A DNA stretch of 64,000 bases from Candidatus Lustribacter sp. (GCA_965277805.1 OZ255842.1:640001-704000), one strand, 5' to 3'. Counted from the first letter of the stretch, positions 37,449 to 46,703 are shown. Made by a program: numbers and translations. Notes: generated by a model from the letters alone, not told the origin.

Positions 37449-38527
37449 CGCGGCTTTCACGCGGCCAGGTGCTGAGCGGGCTCGCCGCCGTCGCCGCCGT
37501 CGCGGCGACCCCGCGTCCGGCGCGAGCGGCCGCGCTGAACGATCTCGTTGCGGCTGCCAAGAGCGAAAAGGAACTCAGCTTCATCGCCGGCAGCGACACG
37601 TTTGGTGGCGCACCGGGCATGAGTGCGCTCAACGATGCCTTCAACCGCAAATTCGGGCTCAACGCGACGCTCACGCTAACGCCGGGGCCGGCGATGACCG
37701 TGATGGGCTCGCGTCTGTTGACCGAGTATCAGGGTAATCACACCGCCTCAACTGCGGCCTATATCGGGCCCTTCTCGCAGTTCGTTGCGCTCAGTCGCGC
37801 AGGCGCATTACAAAAGGTCGATTGGGTCGGAACCTTTCCTTGGGTCACCCGCGCGATGGTCGTCGACCCCGACAGCGTCGGGATCCTGATGCGTACGGGT
37901 CCCAACGGCATGCTCTACAATCCGAACGTGCTGCCGCCGAATCAGGCGCCGAAGAGTTACGAGGATCTCGTAAACCCCAAAGTCAACGGGCCGTGGAATA
38001 AGAAGCTCGCGCTGGCGCCGTATCCGGACTGGCTTGCGATGCTCTCGATCAGCTGGGGCCCCGAGCGCGCGAAGGCGCTCGCCACTAAAGTCGCCGCCGT
38101 GGCGGGCGGGGCGCTCCGGTACGGTGACGCGCAGCCGCTGATCGACGGGCAATTCGCGCTCATGGCAAACGAGGGTTCGTGCCTCGAGCTCAAGTGGGCG
38201 TGGGAGTCGAAAAACGTTCCTTTCAACGTCGTCTTCGGATCGAACCCGGTGGTGTGCGATTACTTCCAAATGGGCGTGCCGAAGAACTCGCCGGCGCCGC
38301 ACTTGGCGCAGTTGTTCGTCGGGTTCGGGACGACGCCCGAGGCCCAGGCGATCACCGATAAGTTCGGCGGCCAGGGTTCGCATCTCGTGCCCGGCACGCG
38401 CATCTACGCATTCATTCGCTCGCAGCGAATTACGTTGCAGGATCCGCGGCGCGTCTACGCTTTCTTTTCCGATCCGTCGACATCGGCGCTCTACGACGAG
38501 CTTGGCAAAATCATCCGGCTCTCATAG
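37445..38527 (+). CDS. ABC solute-binding protein (AfuA/Fe3+-like family)
   Basis: Signal peptide; AAAKSEKEL, PKSYEDL, PKNSPAPHLAQLF...PEAQ. Confidence 0.82.
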   Translation: MTRLSRGQVLSGLAAVAAVAATPRPARAAALNDLVAAAKSEKELSFIAGSDTFGGAPGMSALNDAFNRKFGLNATLTLTPGPAMTVMGSRLLTEYQGNHTASTAAYIGPFSQFVALSRAGALQKVDWVGTFPWVTRAMVVDPDSVGILMRTGPNGMLYNPNVLPPNQAPKSYEDLVNPKVNGPWNKKLALAPYPDWLAMLSISWGPERAKALATKVAAVAGGALRYGDAQPLIDGQFALMANEGSCLELKWAWESKNVPFNVVFGSNPVVCDYFQMGVPKNSPAPHLAQLFVGFGTTPEAQAITDKFGGQGSHLVPGTRIYAFIRSQRITLQDPRRVYAFFSDPSTSALYDELGKIIRLS

Positions 38528-38531
38528 CCGG

Positions 38532-40232
38532 ATGACGTTTGGAGAGGCTTTGCGCGGCCGCGGCACCATCATCGCGATCGCGGTAGTCGGCGTTGCTGCG
38601 ACCGCGCTCGCGCTCTTGATGACGATCCGCCTAGCCTTTCAGGGCGCTACCCCGGATTCGTTCACGTTGGCCAACCTCGGAACGGTGTTTGCGGATCCGT
38701 TCGTGGCGCATGCGTTGCTCAACACGCTCGGATTCGCAACGGTCACGGGTCTGACGGCGTTCGCGTTTGGCGTGCCGATCGCGTGGCTCGCCGAACGCAC
38801 CGATCTTCCCGGGCGCGCCATCGTCATGCCGCTAATGACGATCGGACTGCTCGTGCCGGGTTTTTTCAATGCGATTGGCTGGCTCTTGCTCTTGCACCCC
38901 CGGATGGGCATGATCAACGTTTGGCTGATGCAAGGCTTACATCTCGCGAGCGCACCGCTCAGCGTGGTGTCGGTTGCGGGGATGGGCGTCGTCCAGGGCC
39001 TCGGTCTGGCCGCGCTAATGTTCGTGATGTGTGCGGCGGCGTTTCGCGCCCAAGACGCCACCCTCGAGGAAAGCGCGCAAGTGCACGGCTTGCGTTTCTT
39101 CGACCGGCTCGTTCGCATCACGCTACCGTTGATGTGGCCGAGCCTGCTCGCGGCCGGGATCTACGTGTTCATGGTGGGGCTTGCGGTCTTCGACGTGCCG
39201 GCCGTCATCGGGCTCAGCAACCGCATCTACACGTACAGCACGTTCGTATACGACCTTACCAACCCGAGCGCCGGCGGCCGCCCGAATTACGGCGTTGCGG
39301 GGGCATCGAGCCTCATCGTCATCTTGCTGGCCGGACTGCTCGGAACGTGGTATTTCCGCGTCGTGCGCCGTTCGCGCCGTTACGCCGTGGTGACCGGCAA
39401 AGGCTATCGGCCCGCGCCGTTCAGGCTCGGGCGCCGCGCCGTCGCGGCGTGGGCGTTCATCGCCGCATACCTTACGCTGAGCCTCGGGTTGCCGGGCTGC
39501 GTCCTGCTGTGGGCCTCGTTCTTGCCCTACTTCGCGCCGTTCTCGGCTGATGCGCTGGCGCGCGTCTCGCTTGCGAATTACGCGACGATTCCCTGGGCTG
39601 CGTTCTGGCACGCCGCGCTCAATAGCGCGATCGTCATGATTAGCGTTCCAACGATCACTATAGCGCTCTCGCTGGCGATATCGTGGGTCGTCGTGCGCTC
39701 GGGACTGCGTGTGGCGCGCGTCTTCGACGTCCTGGCGTTTCTGCCGCTCGCGATCCCGAGCGTCGTGTTCGCGGTCGGCGCCGCGGCCATCGCAATTTTT
39801 TGGCTGCCCCCGTGGATCCCGTTCTACGGCACTGTCGGTATTCTCATCGCGGTGCAGGTGATCGTCCAGTTGAGCTTCGGCACGCGGGTGCTCAACAACG
39901 CCCTCTTGCAAATTCATCGCGACCTCGACGACGCCGGTGCCACGTTCGGTCTGCGCGCGGTGGACGTGATCTGGCACGTGCTGCGGCCGCTGGTCGGCCC
40001 GGCGCTGCTGTCCGCGTGGCTTTGGATGGGTCTGCTCGCCTATCGCGAGCTGACCGTCGCGATGATGCTCGTGACCGATAAGAACATCACGCTTCCGGTC
40101 TTCATCTGGGGCGTCTACAGCGAAGGTCAGATCGGGCAGGCTGCGGCGCTGACGATTTTGCTTGGATGCGCGATCGTGCCGCTGATCGTGGCGTATTTCG
40201 CGGTCGCGCGGCGTGGCACGGCACCGGCATGA
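38532..40232 (+). CDS. ABC transporter permease, fused two-domain FbpB type
   Basis: AWLAERTDLPGR, LEESAQVHG, YAVVTGKG, LDDAGATFG. Confidence 0.9.
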   Translation: MTFGEALRGRGTIIAIAVVGVAATALALLMTIRLAFQGATPDSFTLANLGTVFADPFVAHALLNTLGFATVTGLTAFAFGVPIAWLAERTDLPGRAIVMPLMTIGLLVPGFFNAIGWLLLLHPRMGMINVWLMQGLHLASAPLSVVSVAGMGVVQGLGLAALMFVMCAAAFRAQDATLEESAQVHGLRFFDRLVRITLPLMWPSLLAAGIYVFMVGLAVFDVPAVIGLSNRIYTYSTFVYDLTNPSAGGRPNYGVAGASSLIVILLAGLLGTWYFRVVRRSRRYAVVTGKGYRPAPFRLGRRAVAAWAFIAAYLTLSLGLPGCVLLWASFLPYFAPFSADALARVSLANYATIPWAAFWHAALNSAIVMISVPTITIALSLAISWVVVRSGLRVARVFDVLAFLPLAIPSVVFAVGAAAIAIFWLPPWIPFYGTVGILIAVQVIVQLSFGTRVLNNALLQIHRDLDDAGATFGLRAVDVIWHVLRPLVGPALLSAWLWMGLLAYRELTVAMMLVTDKNITLPVFIWGVYSEGQIGQAAALTILLGCAIVPLIVAYFAVARRGTAPA

Positions 40233-41293
40233 TCGCGGCGCGTGGCATCGTCCGCGATTTTCGCACCGGCGACCGCGCCGCGGCAGCGCTGGGCGGCGTT
40301 GATTTGACGATCGCAACCGGCGAATTCCTCGTTCTGCTCGGCCCGAGCGGCTCGGGGAAAACGACGCTCTTGCGCTGTGTGGCCGGACTGGAACGTCCGG
40401 ATGCGGGCGAGATCGAGCTCGCCGGCGTGCCGGTGTTCTCGGCGGCGCGCAAGATCGACGTGCGCCCCGAGGATCGCCGGCTCGGCATGGTGTTCCAATC
40501 CTATGCCGTCTGGCCGCACCTAACGGTGGCGCAAAACGTCGCGCTGCCGCTGACGCGCGGCGTGAACCGGATCGCGCGCGCCGACATGATGGCGCGGGTC
40601 GCGCGCGCGCTCGCTGCCGTGCAACTCGCGGCGCTCGGCGATCGGCCGGCCACGCTGCTCAGCGGCGGTCAGCAGCAGCGCGTAGCGCTCGCGATCGAGC
40701 CGCGTGCGCTGCTGATGGACGAGCCCTTAAGCAATCTCGATGCGCGGCTGCGCGGGGAGATCCGCAGCGAAATCAAAGCGACGGTCGCGCAGATCGGGAT
40801 CACGGTGTTGTACGTCACCCACGATCAGGACGAGGCGATGGCGCTCGCCGATCGCATCGCCGTCATGGACGGCGGACGCATCGTGCAGAGCGGTACGGCC
40901 GAGGATCTCTATCGCCGCCCGCTGACGCCGCGCATCGCCGAGTTCTTCGGGTCGATCAACTGGATCGCGGGCACCGTGCGCGCTCGGGGCATGGTCGAGA
41001 CGGCACTCGGTGCGCTGGCGGTGCGGAGCGACGCCCCGAGCGGGGCCGTGATGGTGGGAATTCGACCCGAGGATGTCCAGATCGCTAAGGTTCGAAATGG
41101 AACGGTCAACATGTTCGAAGCCCAGGTCGTCGACGATCGTTATGTTGGCGACCACCGGATTTGCCGCATTCGCGCGGCCGATTCTGTAATCACTGCAAAG
41201 CTCTCGCCCGATCGCGAGTATTGCGCCGGAAGTTCGGTCTGGGTTGGGCTACCCGCGGACCGGCTCCACGCATTTCCCTCGCAAACCGATTAG
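40229..41293 (+). CDS. ABC transporter ATP-binding protein (PotA/FbpC type) with a 4-aa deletion after the signature motif
   Basis: GPSGSGKT, LSGGQQQRVALAIEP (RALA missing), LMDEP, YVTHDQ. Confidence 0.9.
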   Translation: MIAARGIVRDFRTGDRAAAALGGVDLTIATGEFLVLLGPSGSGKTTLLRCVAGLERPDAGEIELAGVPVFSAARKIDVRPEDRRLGMVFQSYAVWPHLTVAQNVALPLTRGVNRIARADMMARVARALAAVQLAALGDRPATLLSGGQQQRVALAIEPRALLMDEPLSNLDARLRGEIRSEIKATVAQIGITVLYVTHDQDEAMALADRIAVMDGGRIVQSGTAEDLYRRPLTPRIAEFFGSINWIAGTVRARGMVETALGALAVRSDAPSGAVMVGIRPEDVQIAKVRNGTVNMFEAQVVDDRYVGDHRICRIRAADSVITAKLSPDREYCAGSSVWVGLPADRLHAFPSQTD

Positions 41294-41379
41294 TTGCGAA
41301 GCTGCGTGCCGCTCGGTGGCCGCGCGAACATGAGCAATTACAGGAGAAGGGCCGGCAGCCCTAGGATTTTTCCACGGTT

Positions 41380-42018
41380 ATGTACGCGGAACTGATGGTC
41401 GATCGCCCGGTTGCCGACTTGCTCGGCGATTGGGACATCCTGGACGATCTGGTGAGTAAGAAGTTCTCGCGGTTCAAGCGTGTCGGCGACGGCATTCTGG
41501 GCATCCGGCGGCGCATGCTCGAGGGCAATCAGGTCGTCGATCCGGTCAAGGGCGTTTTGCCGATGTCGCTCGAGCTCGGCCCCAACGGCATCCACGCCGT
41601 CGGGCACGACATCCTGACGCTGCGCATGACCACCGGCGGCACGCCGCATCGCGTGCCGCACAACTTCGGCTTCTGGCATATCAACGATATGGACGAGCTC
41701 TACCTCACGCTGCCCTCGCCGCGGCCGGGCGATCCGGCCTACATGATCGTGATCATGCAGCATCCCGAAGGTGCCGAGGGCGAGAGCTTCGCGGAGTACT
41801 GCGAGAAGTGCCTGACGCTGATGTTCGAGCGGCACTACAACACCGGCCGGCTGGGTTTCGAAGGCTTCTTCAAAGCCAACGATGAGGCGATCATCGAGTA
41901 CAATTCCGATCCGAAGTTCCGTACGTGTCCGCAGTGCGGCCATCTCAATCCGTTGGGTTACACGTGGAATCCGGGCCGCGATACGCCCGAGACGGCCGCC
42001 GCGCGCCTGCAGTGGTGA
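41380..42018 (+). CDS. Hypothetical metalloprotein with a 3-hydroxyanthranilate-dioxygenase-like C-terminal Cys4 site (family member 1)
   Basis: PHRVPHNFGFWHINDMDE; YCEKC-x38-CPQC; clear paralog of 43796..44449. Confidence 0.75.
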   Translation: MYAELMVDRPVADLLGDWDILDDLVSKKFSRFKRVGDGILGIRRRMLEGNQVVDPVKGVLPMSLELGPNGIHAVGHDILTLRMTTGGTPHRVPHNFGFWHINDMDELYLTLPSPRPGDPAYMIVIMQHPEGAEGESFAEYCEKCLTLMFERHYNTGRLGFEGFFKANDEAIIEYNSDPKFRTCPQCGHLNPLGYTWNPGRDTPETAAARLQW

Positions 42019-43208
42019 TCCGGCGGATCGCGGCATTCGCCGTCGCGGCGCTGCTGTGCGCGGTCGCTGCAGCCGGTGCCGCAACGCCGTCGTCCACGAC
42101 ACCGTTCACGATCGACGTCATCGCGTCGTCGACCGGTGCGGGTGCGTACTTCGGTCAGCAGATGGGCGACGCGGTCAAGAACTACGAACTCGCGGCCAAC
42201 GCGAGCGGCGGCATTCGCGGCGTGCCCGTGCACTTCGAGTTTCACGACGACGAATCGCAGCCCGAAATCGCCGTCCAGCTGGCTCACGAGATCCTCGCGA
42301 AGCATCCGGCGGCCTTCCTCGGCGGCAGCGTGCAAGCCACGTGCAACGCGCTCGCGGCGCTGGCGGCCGGCACCACAGTGATGTATTGCATGTCGCCGGG
42401 TCTGATTCCGGAGCCGCGCGGATACGTATTCGCATCGTCGGCTTCGCTTCAGCATCTCGTGCCGGCGCTATTTCGCTACGTGCGCACGAGCGGTCACGTG
42501 CGCGTCGGCTTGCTCGTCACGACCGACGCGACCGGCCAGCGTTCGGACAAGATGATCGACTACACGCTGCACTTGCCGGAGAACAAATCGCTGGTCGTCG
42601 CCGGCTACGAACACTTCAGCGATAGCGACATCAGCGTCGCGGCGCAGATCGCGCACATCAAAGCCAACAATCCGCAGTTCCTGTATGTGTCGGCAGCCGG
42701 CACGCCGTTTCAAACCGTGCTGCACGGTATCATGGACGGCGGGCTCGCGAACGTTCCGATCATCACCTCGGCCTCGAACATGACGGACAAGCTGCTCGCG
42801 CCGTGGGCGAAGACGCCGCCGGCGCAACTGGACTTCAACGGGACGCCGTTCTGGGGCGCTACCGATCCCGACCGCCGGTTGAAGGCCGCGATCGCGGAAT
42901 ATCATGCCGCCTACGCGCGCGCGGGAACCGCACCGACGCCCAACGACGACTACGGCTGGGATCCGGCGAAGATCACCGTCGCCGCCTTTCGCGCGCTCGG
43001 CACCGGCGCGACCGCCGCGCAGATTCACGACTACATCGAAAACTTGCACGACTTCCCCGGCATCGGCGGGCTGTACGATTTCCGCAGCGGGGATCAGCAC
43101 GGTCTCGGCGACGATGCCACGGTGATCTTGCAGTGGGATCCGGCGAAGATGATCTTTTATCCGGTGAGCGGCCCGGCGGGCGTCGCGAGTCCCAAGCGAG
43201 GTAACTGA
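42015..43208 (+). CDS. ABC solute-binding protein, LivJ type
   Basis: Signal peptide; NASGGIRG, DDESQPEIAVQL, YDFRSGDQHGL. Confidence 0.88.
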   Translation: MIRRIAAFAVAALLCAVAAAGAATPSSTTPFTIDVIASSTGAGAYFGQQMGDAVKNYELAANASGGIRGVPVHFEFHDDESQPEIAVQLAHEILAKHPAAFLGGSVQATCNALAALAAGTTVMYCMSPGLIPEPRGYVFASSASLQHLVPALFRYVRTSGHVRVGLLVTTDATGQRSDKMIDYTLHLPENKSLVVAGYEHFSDSDISVAAQIAHIKANNPQFLYVSAAGTPFQTVLHGIMDGGLANVPIITSASNMTDKLLAPWAKTPPAQLDFNGTPFWGATDPDRRLKAAIAEYHAAYARAGTAPTPNDDYGWDPAKITVAAFRALGTGATAAQIHDYIENLHDFPGIGGLYDFRSGDQHGLGDDATVILQWDPAKMIFYPVSGPAGVASPKRGN

Positions 43209-43209
43209 G

Positions 43210-43794
43210 ATGACCACGAAATCGGAACCGGTCACGAACCACCGGATTCCCCTCGTCGGACCGGAAGCGCCGGACCGCGCATGGCAAGAAGCCAGCCGCA
43301 ACTATATCTGGTCGGCGCGGCATCCACGCGGCGCGTCGCGCTACGGCATCGTCGAGCTGTTGCCAGAAGGCGTCGTGCGTTTGCCCGATCGCGGACGGAT
43401 GTTCCACGTCATCCCGGCCGGTCGCGCGTTTCGCATCGAACACGGCTTCGGCTTCTGGCGCACGTGCGGCGCGGACGCGCTCTACATCGCGAGCGACTAC
43501 GACGAGGGTGTCGCGTACATGATGGTGATCAGCACCGCGCCCGAGTCGTATTCGACCGACACGCTGCACTGGACGTGCCCCGGCTGTGGCGCCGCGCTGC
43601 ATTCGGTCGACGTCCCGACCCGGCGCATTCACCTGACCGGCTTGAACGAACGCGCGCTCGCCGCGGTACGCGCCTTCAACGCCGATACTGCGTTGCGTAC
43701 GTGCGCGAAGTGCGCCGCGGTGCACCCGCCTGCCTACGGCTTCGAACCCGGCGACGACAATGATGAGGAGCGCAGTGCCCGTGCAGGCTGGTAA
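43210..43794 (+). CDS. Hypothetical Cys4 protein, diverged family member 2 (putative catalytic His/acid residues absent)
   Basis: FRIEHGFGFWRTCGADALY; WTCPGC-x38-CAKC; ends RAGW like its paralogs. Confidence 0.72.
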   Translation: MTTKSEPVTNHRIPLVGPEAPDRAWQEASRNYIWSARHPRGASRYGIVELLPEGVVRLPDRGRMFHVIPAGRAFRIEHGFGFWRTCGADALYIASDYDEGVAYMMVISTAPESYSTDTLHWTCPGCGAALHSVDVPTRRIHLTGLNERALAAVRAFNADTALRTCAKCAAVHPPAYGFEPGDDNDEERSARAGW

Positions 43795-43795
43795 C

Positions 43796-44449
43796 ATGTA
43801 CTACGCTGAGATCACCGTCCCCGAGCGCATCGACGCGCTGCTCGACGATTGGGATTTGCTCGACGATCGCGTGATCAAGAAGTTCACCACGTTCAAGGAT
43901 GTCGGCGAGAACGTCGTCGGCGTGCGGCGGCGGATGGTGACGAAAGATCCCGTCACGGTCCTCGATCCGGCCAAGGGGCTGTTGCCGGAATCGGTCGAGA
44001 TCGGACCCTCCGGCCTGATCACGCAGACGCACGAGATCCTCTCGCTGCGCATCACGGTCGGCGGCGCGCCGCATCGCGTACCGCACAGCATGGGCTTCTG
44101 GCACATCAACGACGTCGACGAACTCTATCTGACGTTGCCGCCGCCCGCGCCCGGCGAACCGGCGTATTTTCTCGTCATCATGGGCAACCCCATGCCGTCT
44201 AGCAACGAAGGCGAAAGCTGGGCGCAATACTGCCAAGAATGCCTGACGATGCTGCACGAGCACTACTACAAGACCGCGCAGTTGGGAATGGACGGCCATT
44301 GGCGCGCCAACCTCGCCGCGATTCGCGAATACAACAGCGATGTGAAGTTCCGCACGTGTCCCGAGTGCGGTCACGTGAACCCTCTGGCATACGTGTGGAA
44401 CACCACCAAGGATACGCCGGAAGAACGGTTGGCGCGCGAGCAGTGGTGA
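43796..44449 (+). CDS. Hypothetical Cys4 metalloprotein, family member 3
   Basis: PHRVPHSMGFWHINDVDE; YCQEC...RTCPECGHVNP; starts 1 nt after the upstream stop. Confidence 0.75.
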   Translation: MYYAEITVPERIDALLDDWDLLDDRVIKKFTTFKDVGENVVGVRRRMVTKDPVTVLDPAKGLLPESVEIGPSGLITQTHEILSLRITVGGAPHRVPHSMGFWHINDVDELYLTLPPPAPGEPAYFLVIMGNPMPSSNEGESWAQYCQECLTMLHEHYYKTAQLGMDGHWRANLAAIREYNSDVKFRTCPECGHVNPLAYVWNTTKDTPEERLAREQW

Positions 44450-44542
44450 GCGCCGGCGCGCTTGCCGGAGCCTTGCCAATTCTATCAAATTCTTGCGGTC
44501 GACACGGGTGACGACTTCAATTCTCCGTAGTCAGGTTCCAGC

Positions 44543-45448
44543 ATGACGCACGCGCAGCAGAAAAATGACAGCCCGGCGGATTGGACCACGGCCATCGAGG
44601 AGCGCCGTGCGATTGCGCCTACGGCGGCCTTGCAAGGCGCGAATTTACGCGGCTTCGAGATCGAGTGGCTGCTGTTGCGGCCCTGCGTCTTCCCGGCCTC
44701 GATCGTGCGGGATCTGTCGGTCATCGCGACGCTCGGTTCGGGATTCGTCATCGAGACCGAAGCCGGCCGGCGCATCACCACCGAACACGGCGAGATCTAC
44801 TTGCTCTCGCCGTCGCTGCGCCGTCGCGCGTCGTTTCGCCAACGCGGCGAAGTCTTGCGCATCACGTACGGAAACGCGCTCGTGGGCCAAATCGCCGCGG
44901 AGATCGGCATGACCGGCGTGCTCGACGCGCTGACGTATCAGCGGCTCACCGATCCCGCGGTCTACGAGATCGTGCACATGCTGGCCGAGGAAGCGCGGCC
45001 GGGCGGTGCGCGCGCGCCGATCTATAGCGCCTCGCTCGGACTCGCCTTGCTCGGACACGTGCTGCGTGGCTGTCCGCCGGCGCAACAGCGCAATGCGGTC
45101 GTCGATGCCGGGCTCTCGCCGCAGCGTCTCGCGCGCAGCCGGCAGTATATCGAAAACCGGCTCGGCGGCGATCTGACCGTCGCCGAGATTGCCGGCGCGG
45201 TCGATATGAGCGTGTTTCACTTCGCGCGCGCGTTCAAACAGTCAACCGGGAAGACACCGCACGCCTACGTGCTCGAGCGGCGCATCGCCGCAGCCCAGAG
45301 CCTCGTGCTCAACACCACCCGCCCGCTCAACGAAATTTCGTCCGAGCTCGGCTTCAGCAATCCCAGTCACTTCAGCGCGGTCTTCGGACGCCTCACGGGC
45401 ACGTCGCCGTCGGCTTATCGTTCACACAAAGATGTAAGGAGCACATGA
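44543..45448 (+). CDS. AraC family transcriptional regulator
   Basis: C-terminal LTVAEIAGAVDMSVFHFARAFKQSTG and LGFSNPSHFSAVFGRLTGTSPSAYR. Confidence 0.92.
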   Translation: MTHAQQKNDSPADWTTAIEERRAIAPTAALQGANLRGFEIEWLLLRPCVFPASIVRDLSVIATLGSGFVIETEAGRRITTEHGEIYLLSPSLRRRASFRQRGEVLRITYGNALVGQIAAEIGMTGVLDALTYQRLTDPAVYEIVHMLAEEARPGGARAPIYSASLGLALLGHVLRGCPPAQQRNAVVDAGLSPQRLARSRQYIENRLGGDLTVAEIAGAVDMSVFHFARAFKQSTGKTPHAYVLERRIAAAQSLVLNTTRPLNEISSELGFSNPSHFSAVFGRLTGTSPSAYRSHKDVRST

Positions 45449-46695
45449 CCGCATCATCTCAAGATCTTCAGGGCTCGCCGGACGAGAAGTGGGACCCCGC
45501 GTGGAGCAACGCGGTATTCTCGCTAGCCGAGCGCGACCGCCGCTGGGCGAAGGTACGGGCGCTGATGAAGCGCGACGGCATCGATTTGCTCGTGTGCATG
45601 CCGTGCACGAATTCGCACGACCGCGGCGCCGCCGACGCGCGCTACCTCACGCAACTTGGAGAGAACAGCGACGAACAATCGGTCGCGTTCCCGATCGAAG
45701 GCGACGTGCGGGCCTGGCACAGCCGGCCCGGCGTGTGGCCGTCCTCGAACTGGTTCTCGGATATCCGTTCGGCCGGCCGCGGCACGGGCGGTGCGACGAT
45801 TAGCAGCTACATCAACGAATTTCCGCAGTACAAGAAGGCGCGCATCGCGATCGCCGGGCTCACCTCCACGCCGATGACGCACTGCCGCGCGGCCGAGGGC
45901 GAGATCAATTGGCAGTCGGTGGAGATCCTCAAGAGCAATTTCCCGCAAGCCGAGTTCGTGAGCGCGTCGACCGTGCTCGGCGAAGCGCGCTGGGTCAAGA
46001 GCGATGAAGAGATCGAATTCCTGCGCAAAGGCGTCGAGATCGCCGAGCTGACGCTCGATGCGATCCGCGAAACCGCGCGCGAGGGCGTTCCGGAACGCGA
46101 TGTGTTCGCCGAGATGATGAAGGTCAATGCGAAGGCCGGCGGCAGCTTCACACCGATGTTCGGCTGGATCACGGGACCGCAGGGCCGGCCATACCACCGC
46201 CTCGAGCAGCCGTCGTTCCGCAAATTTCAGGACAAAGATATGCTCAGCGTGGAGATCGAGGGCCGGTGGGGCGGTTACATCGCGCAGATCGATCAGTCGG
46301 CAGTGATCAACGCGCCGATCGACGGCCTCGACGATGCGATGAAGCTGGCGTATGAAGCCTACGACCGCACGTTGGAATTACTCAAACCGGGCGTGACGAT
46401 GGGCGAACTGGCCGACACCGCGGTGATGACGGCGCTCGGCGGCCGGCTGCGTGCGGGTCTCGGCTTCCACGGCCGCGGCACCGGGGATGACGGTCCGCTC
46501 TTGATCGCAGGCGTGCCGCTGAAGCCGGAGATTCGCGATCTGGCGCTCGTTGAGAACTGCTGCTTTGCCGTGAAGCCGAGCGTGCATTTCGACGGCGTTG
46601 CCGAGTATTGCCGTTGGGGTGATTCGGCGGTCGTGGGCAAGAACGGCGGCGTGCGCCTCGGCACGCGCCCGCAAGAACTGATCGTCCTGAAGTGA
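45445..46695 (+). CDS. M24-fold protein with non-canonical metal ligands
   Basis: FSLAERDRRW, RWVKSDEE, EIEGRWGGYIAQ, HGRGTGDDGP, VKP, WGD; AAGGAG RBS. Confidence 0.85.
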   Translation: MTASSQDLQGSPDEKWDPAWSNAVFSLAERDRRWAKVRALMKRDGIDLLVCMPCTNSHDRGAADARYLTQLGENSDEQSVAFPIEGDVRAWHSRPGVWPSSNWFSDIRSAGRGTGGATISSYINEFPQYKKARIAIAGLTSTPMTHCRAAEGEINWQSVEILKSNFPQAEFVSASTVLGEARWVKSDEEIEFLRKGVEIAELTLDAIRETAREGVPERDVFAEMMKVNAKAGGSFTPMFGWITGPQGRPYHRLEQPSFRKFQDKDMLSVEIEGRWGGYIAQIDQSAVINAPIDGLDDAMKLAYEAYDRTLELLKPGVTMGELADTAVMTALGGRLRAGLGFHGRGTGDDGPLLIAGVPLKPEIRDLALVENCCFAVKPSVHFDGVAEYCRWGDSAVVGKNGGVRLGTRPQELIVLK

Positions 46696-46703
46696 GGCAT
46701 ACG

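Noticed and set aside
44461-44498. Three cttgc[cg] direct repeats upstream of the AraC gene as an operator
   Set aside because: Too short and irregularly spaced to support without comparative data
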